Source: Vitrella brassicaformis CCMP3155
Taxonomy: Eukaryota; Protista; Chromerida
NCBI GenBank assembly: GCA_001179505.1
Contig: CDMY01000859.1
Span: 62,001 to 126,000, forward strand
Length of the DNA: 64,000 nucleotides
Direction: 5' to 3'
Shown here: piece by piece, positions 62,968 through 64,000 of the stretch
Position numbering within the stretch: the stretch's first letter is position 1
Layout: the number at the start of each line of letters is the position of its first letter
The notes under the pieces: generated by a model
What the model was told of the DNA's origin: nothing
The model's database searches: none
What the model saw: the letters and a program-made list of their open reading frames with translations, nothing else
Translations under genes and position numbers: made by a program

Positions 62968-64000
62968 AGAGTGGGGTGAGGGAGGTTTTGCGTCGTCTGT
63001 TTAGTTGTTTGGTGTTCTCGTGCTTGGCGATCGATAAGCGACGACACACTTATTCATTCACGCAGACACGTGGATATGTATGTAATGGGTCAGTCAATCG
63101 CTGCATTGCATTGCATGTACGACGGTGTCATGATGCATTGGCAAGGGGGAACACGTGGCCAGACGGACGCAGAACTGCTCGACGCACACACAGCACGGTG
63201 CTGCAACCCCCTGCAGGCCTGCTATTCACACAAGTGCTTTGTACAAACCGCACAGACGTACAGCGACGGTAATCGTGTGTGTTGTGCCCGTGCCAGCATG
63301 TGTCGACCAGGAGATCGCCGAGAAGAAGCACTTGTCAGGGGAGGCGTGCTCCTCCTCCCCTTCCAAATGCTGCATGTCGGCGATCGGCAGGTCGACACAA
63401 CTGCTCGCCTCGATGCACTCACAACTCAACCAGAAAATGACACACTGTCTGAAGATACAGGAAACCGTGTGCGCCATTCTCCGATGCCTCTGCTGCATTT
63501 TTGGTCATTGTCGGTGGCTCTGTCTGGCAACCTCATTAGAGAGAGAGACGAGGCAGCCTCCAATGCTCCACTTACGAACAGCCCCCCCCACAAAGGCCAA
63601 GAGGAACGAGCGACTCTCTGCGACAAAAAGACCGACCCACGAGTGTCGGGGTGACACATGCAGAGACGAACGCTACAAGAGCAGTAGTCAGGTGAGGCAT
63701 ACAAAGATGCAGCTATGGTACAGAGCTGGCGCACGCACAGGCAGAGGGGCGGGCAGCGCAGCTAATTCGATGGATCGATGCACTCAGGTAGGTATGTAAG
63801 GCGAACGAGCTAACAACAAAACAAACAAGACCGCATCGATGCGCTGACGCGTCCGTCCGGCTGTACAAATCGATCCGTCAATGCGGCAGGCAGGCAGGCA
63901 GGCGAGTACGCAGCGCATGTTGCACATGACCACGCAGTAATGCAGGAATACAATACAACTGCACTGCGACAGAACCCCCGGCCCATATAGATCGCTCATG

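Noticed and set aside
63070-63799. Cys-rich plus-strand ORFs near the window end
   Set aside because: Could not be joined into a consistent spliced model; no recognisable domain.
1-64000. Transposase, reverse transcriptase, rRNA or tRNA genes
   Set aside because: No DDE, RT or integrase motifs, terminal repeats or structured-RNA signatures were recognised by eye; tRNAscan/Infernal would be needed to exclude small RNAs.

Overview
Eukaryotic, intron-rich, GC-rich nuclear DNA with short GT-AG introns (some GC-AG) full of (CA)n/(GACA)n/(CATC)n microsatellites and three 300-N assembly gaps. The intron style and lineage-specific gene families point to the chromerid alga Vitrella brassicaformis or a close relative (inference from style and recalled family resemblance, not a database hit). 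Apparently intact genes: a dynamin-like P-loop GTPase, a TBC Rab-GAP, a cytochrome P450, an SLC4/BOR anion transporter with a possible bipartite plastid presequence, a coiled-coil/RING protein, a ubiquitin-like/coiled-coil protein and a 2H cyclic phosphodiesterase. Between them lies a rapidly evolving tract with four paralogous divergent non-RD protein kinases carrying swappable ends: a shared unrecognised W-rich 'WEVRS..QDL' tail in three, an EH domain in one, and J-domain exons spliced upstream in one. The same tract holds an isolated ESF1-like 5' fragment, degenerate J-domain and TLDc fragments, pseudogenes of lineage-specific families and many local duplications. No rRNA, tRNA, CRISPR array or transposase was recognised. 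Exon boundaries were read by eye.
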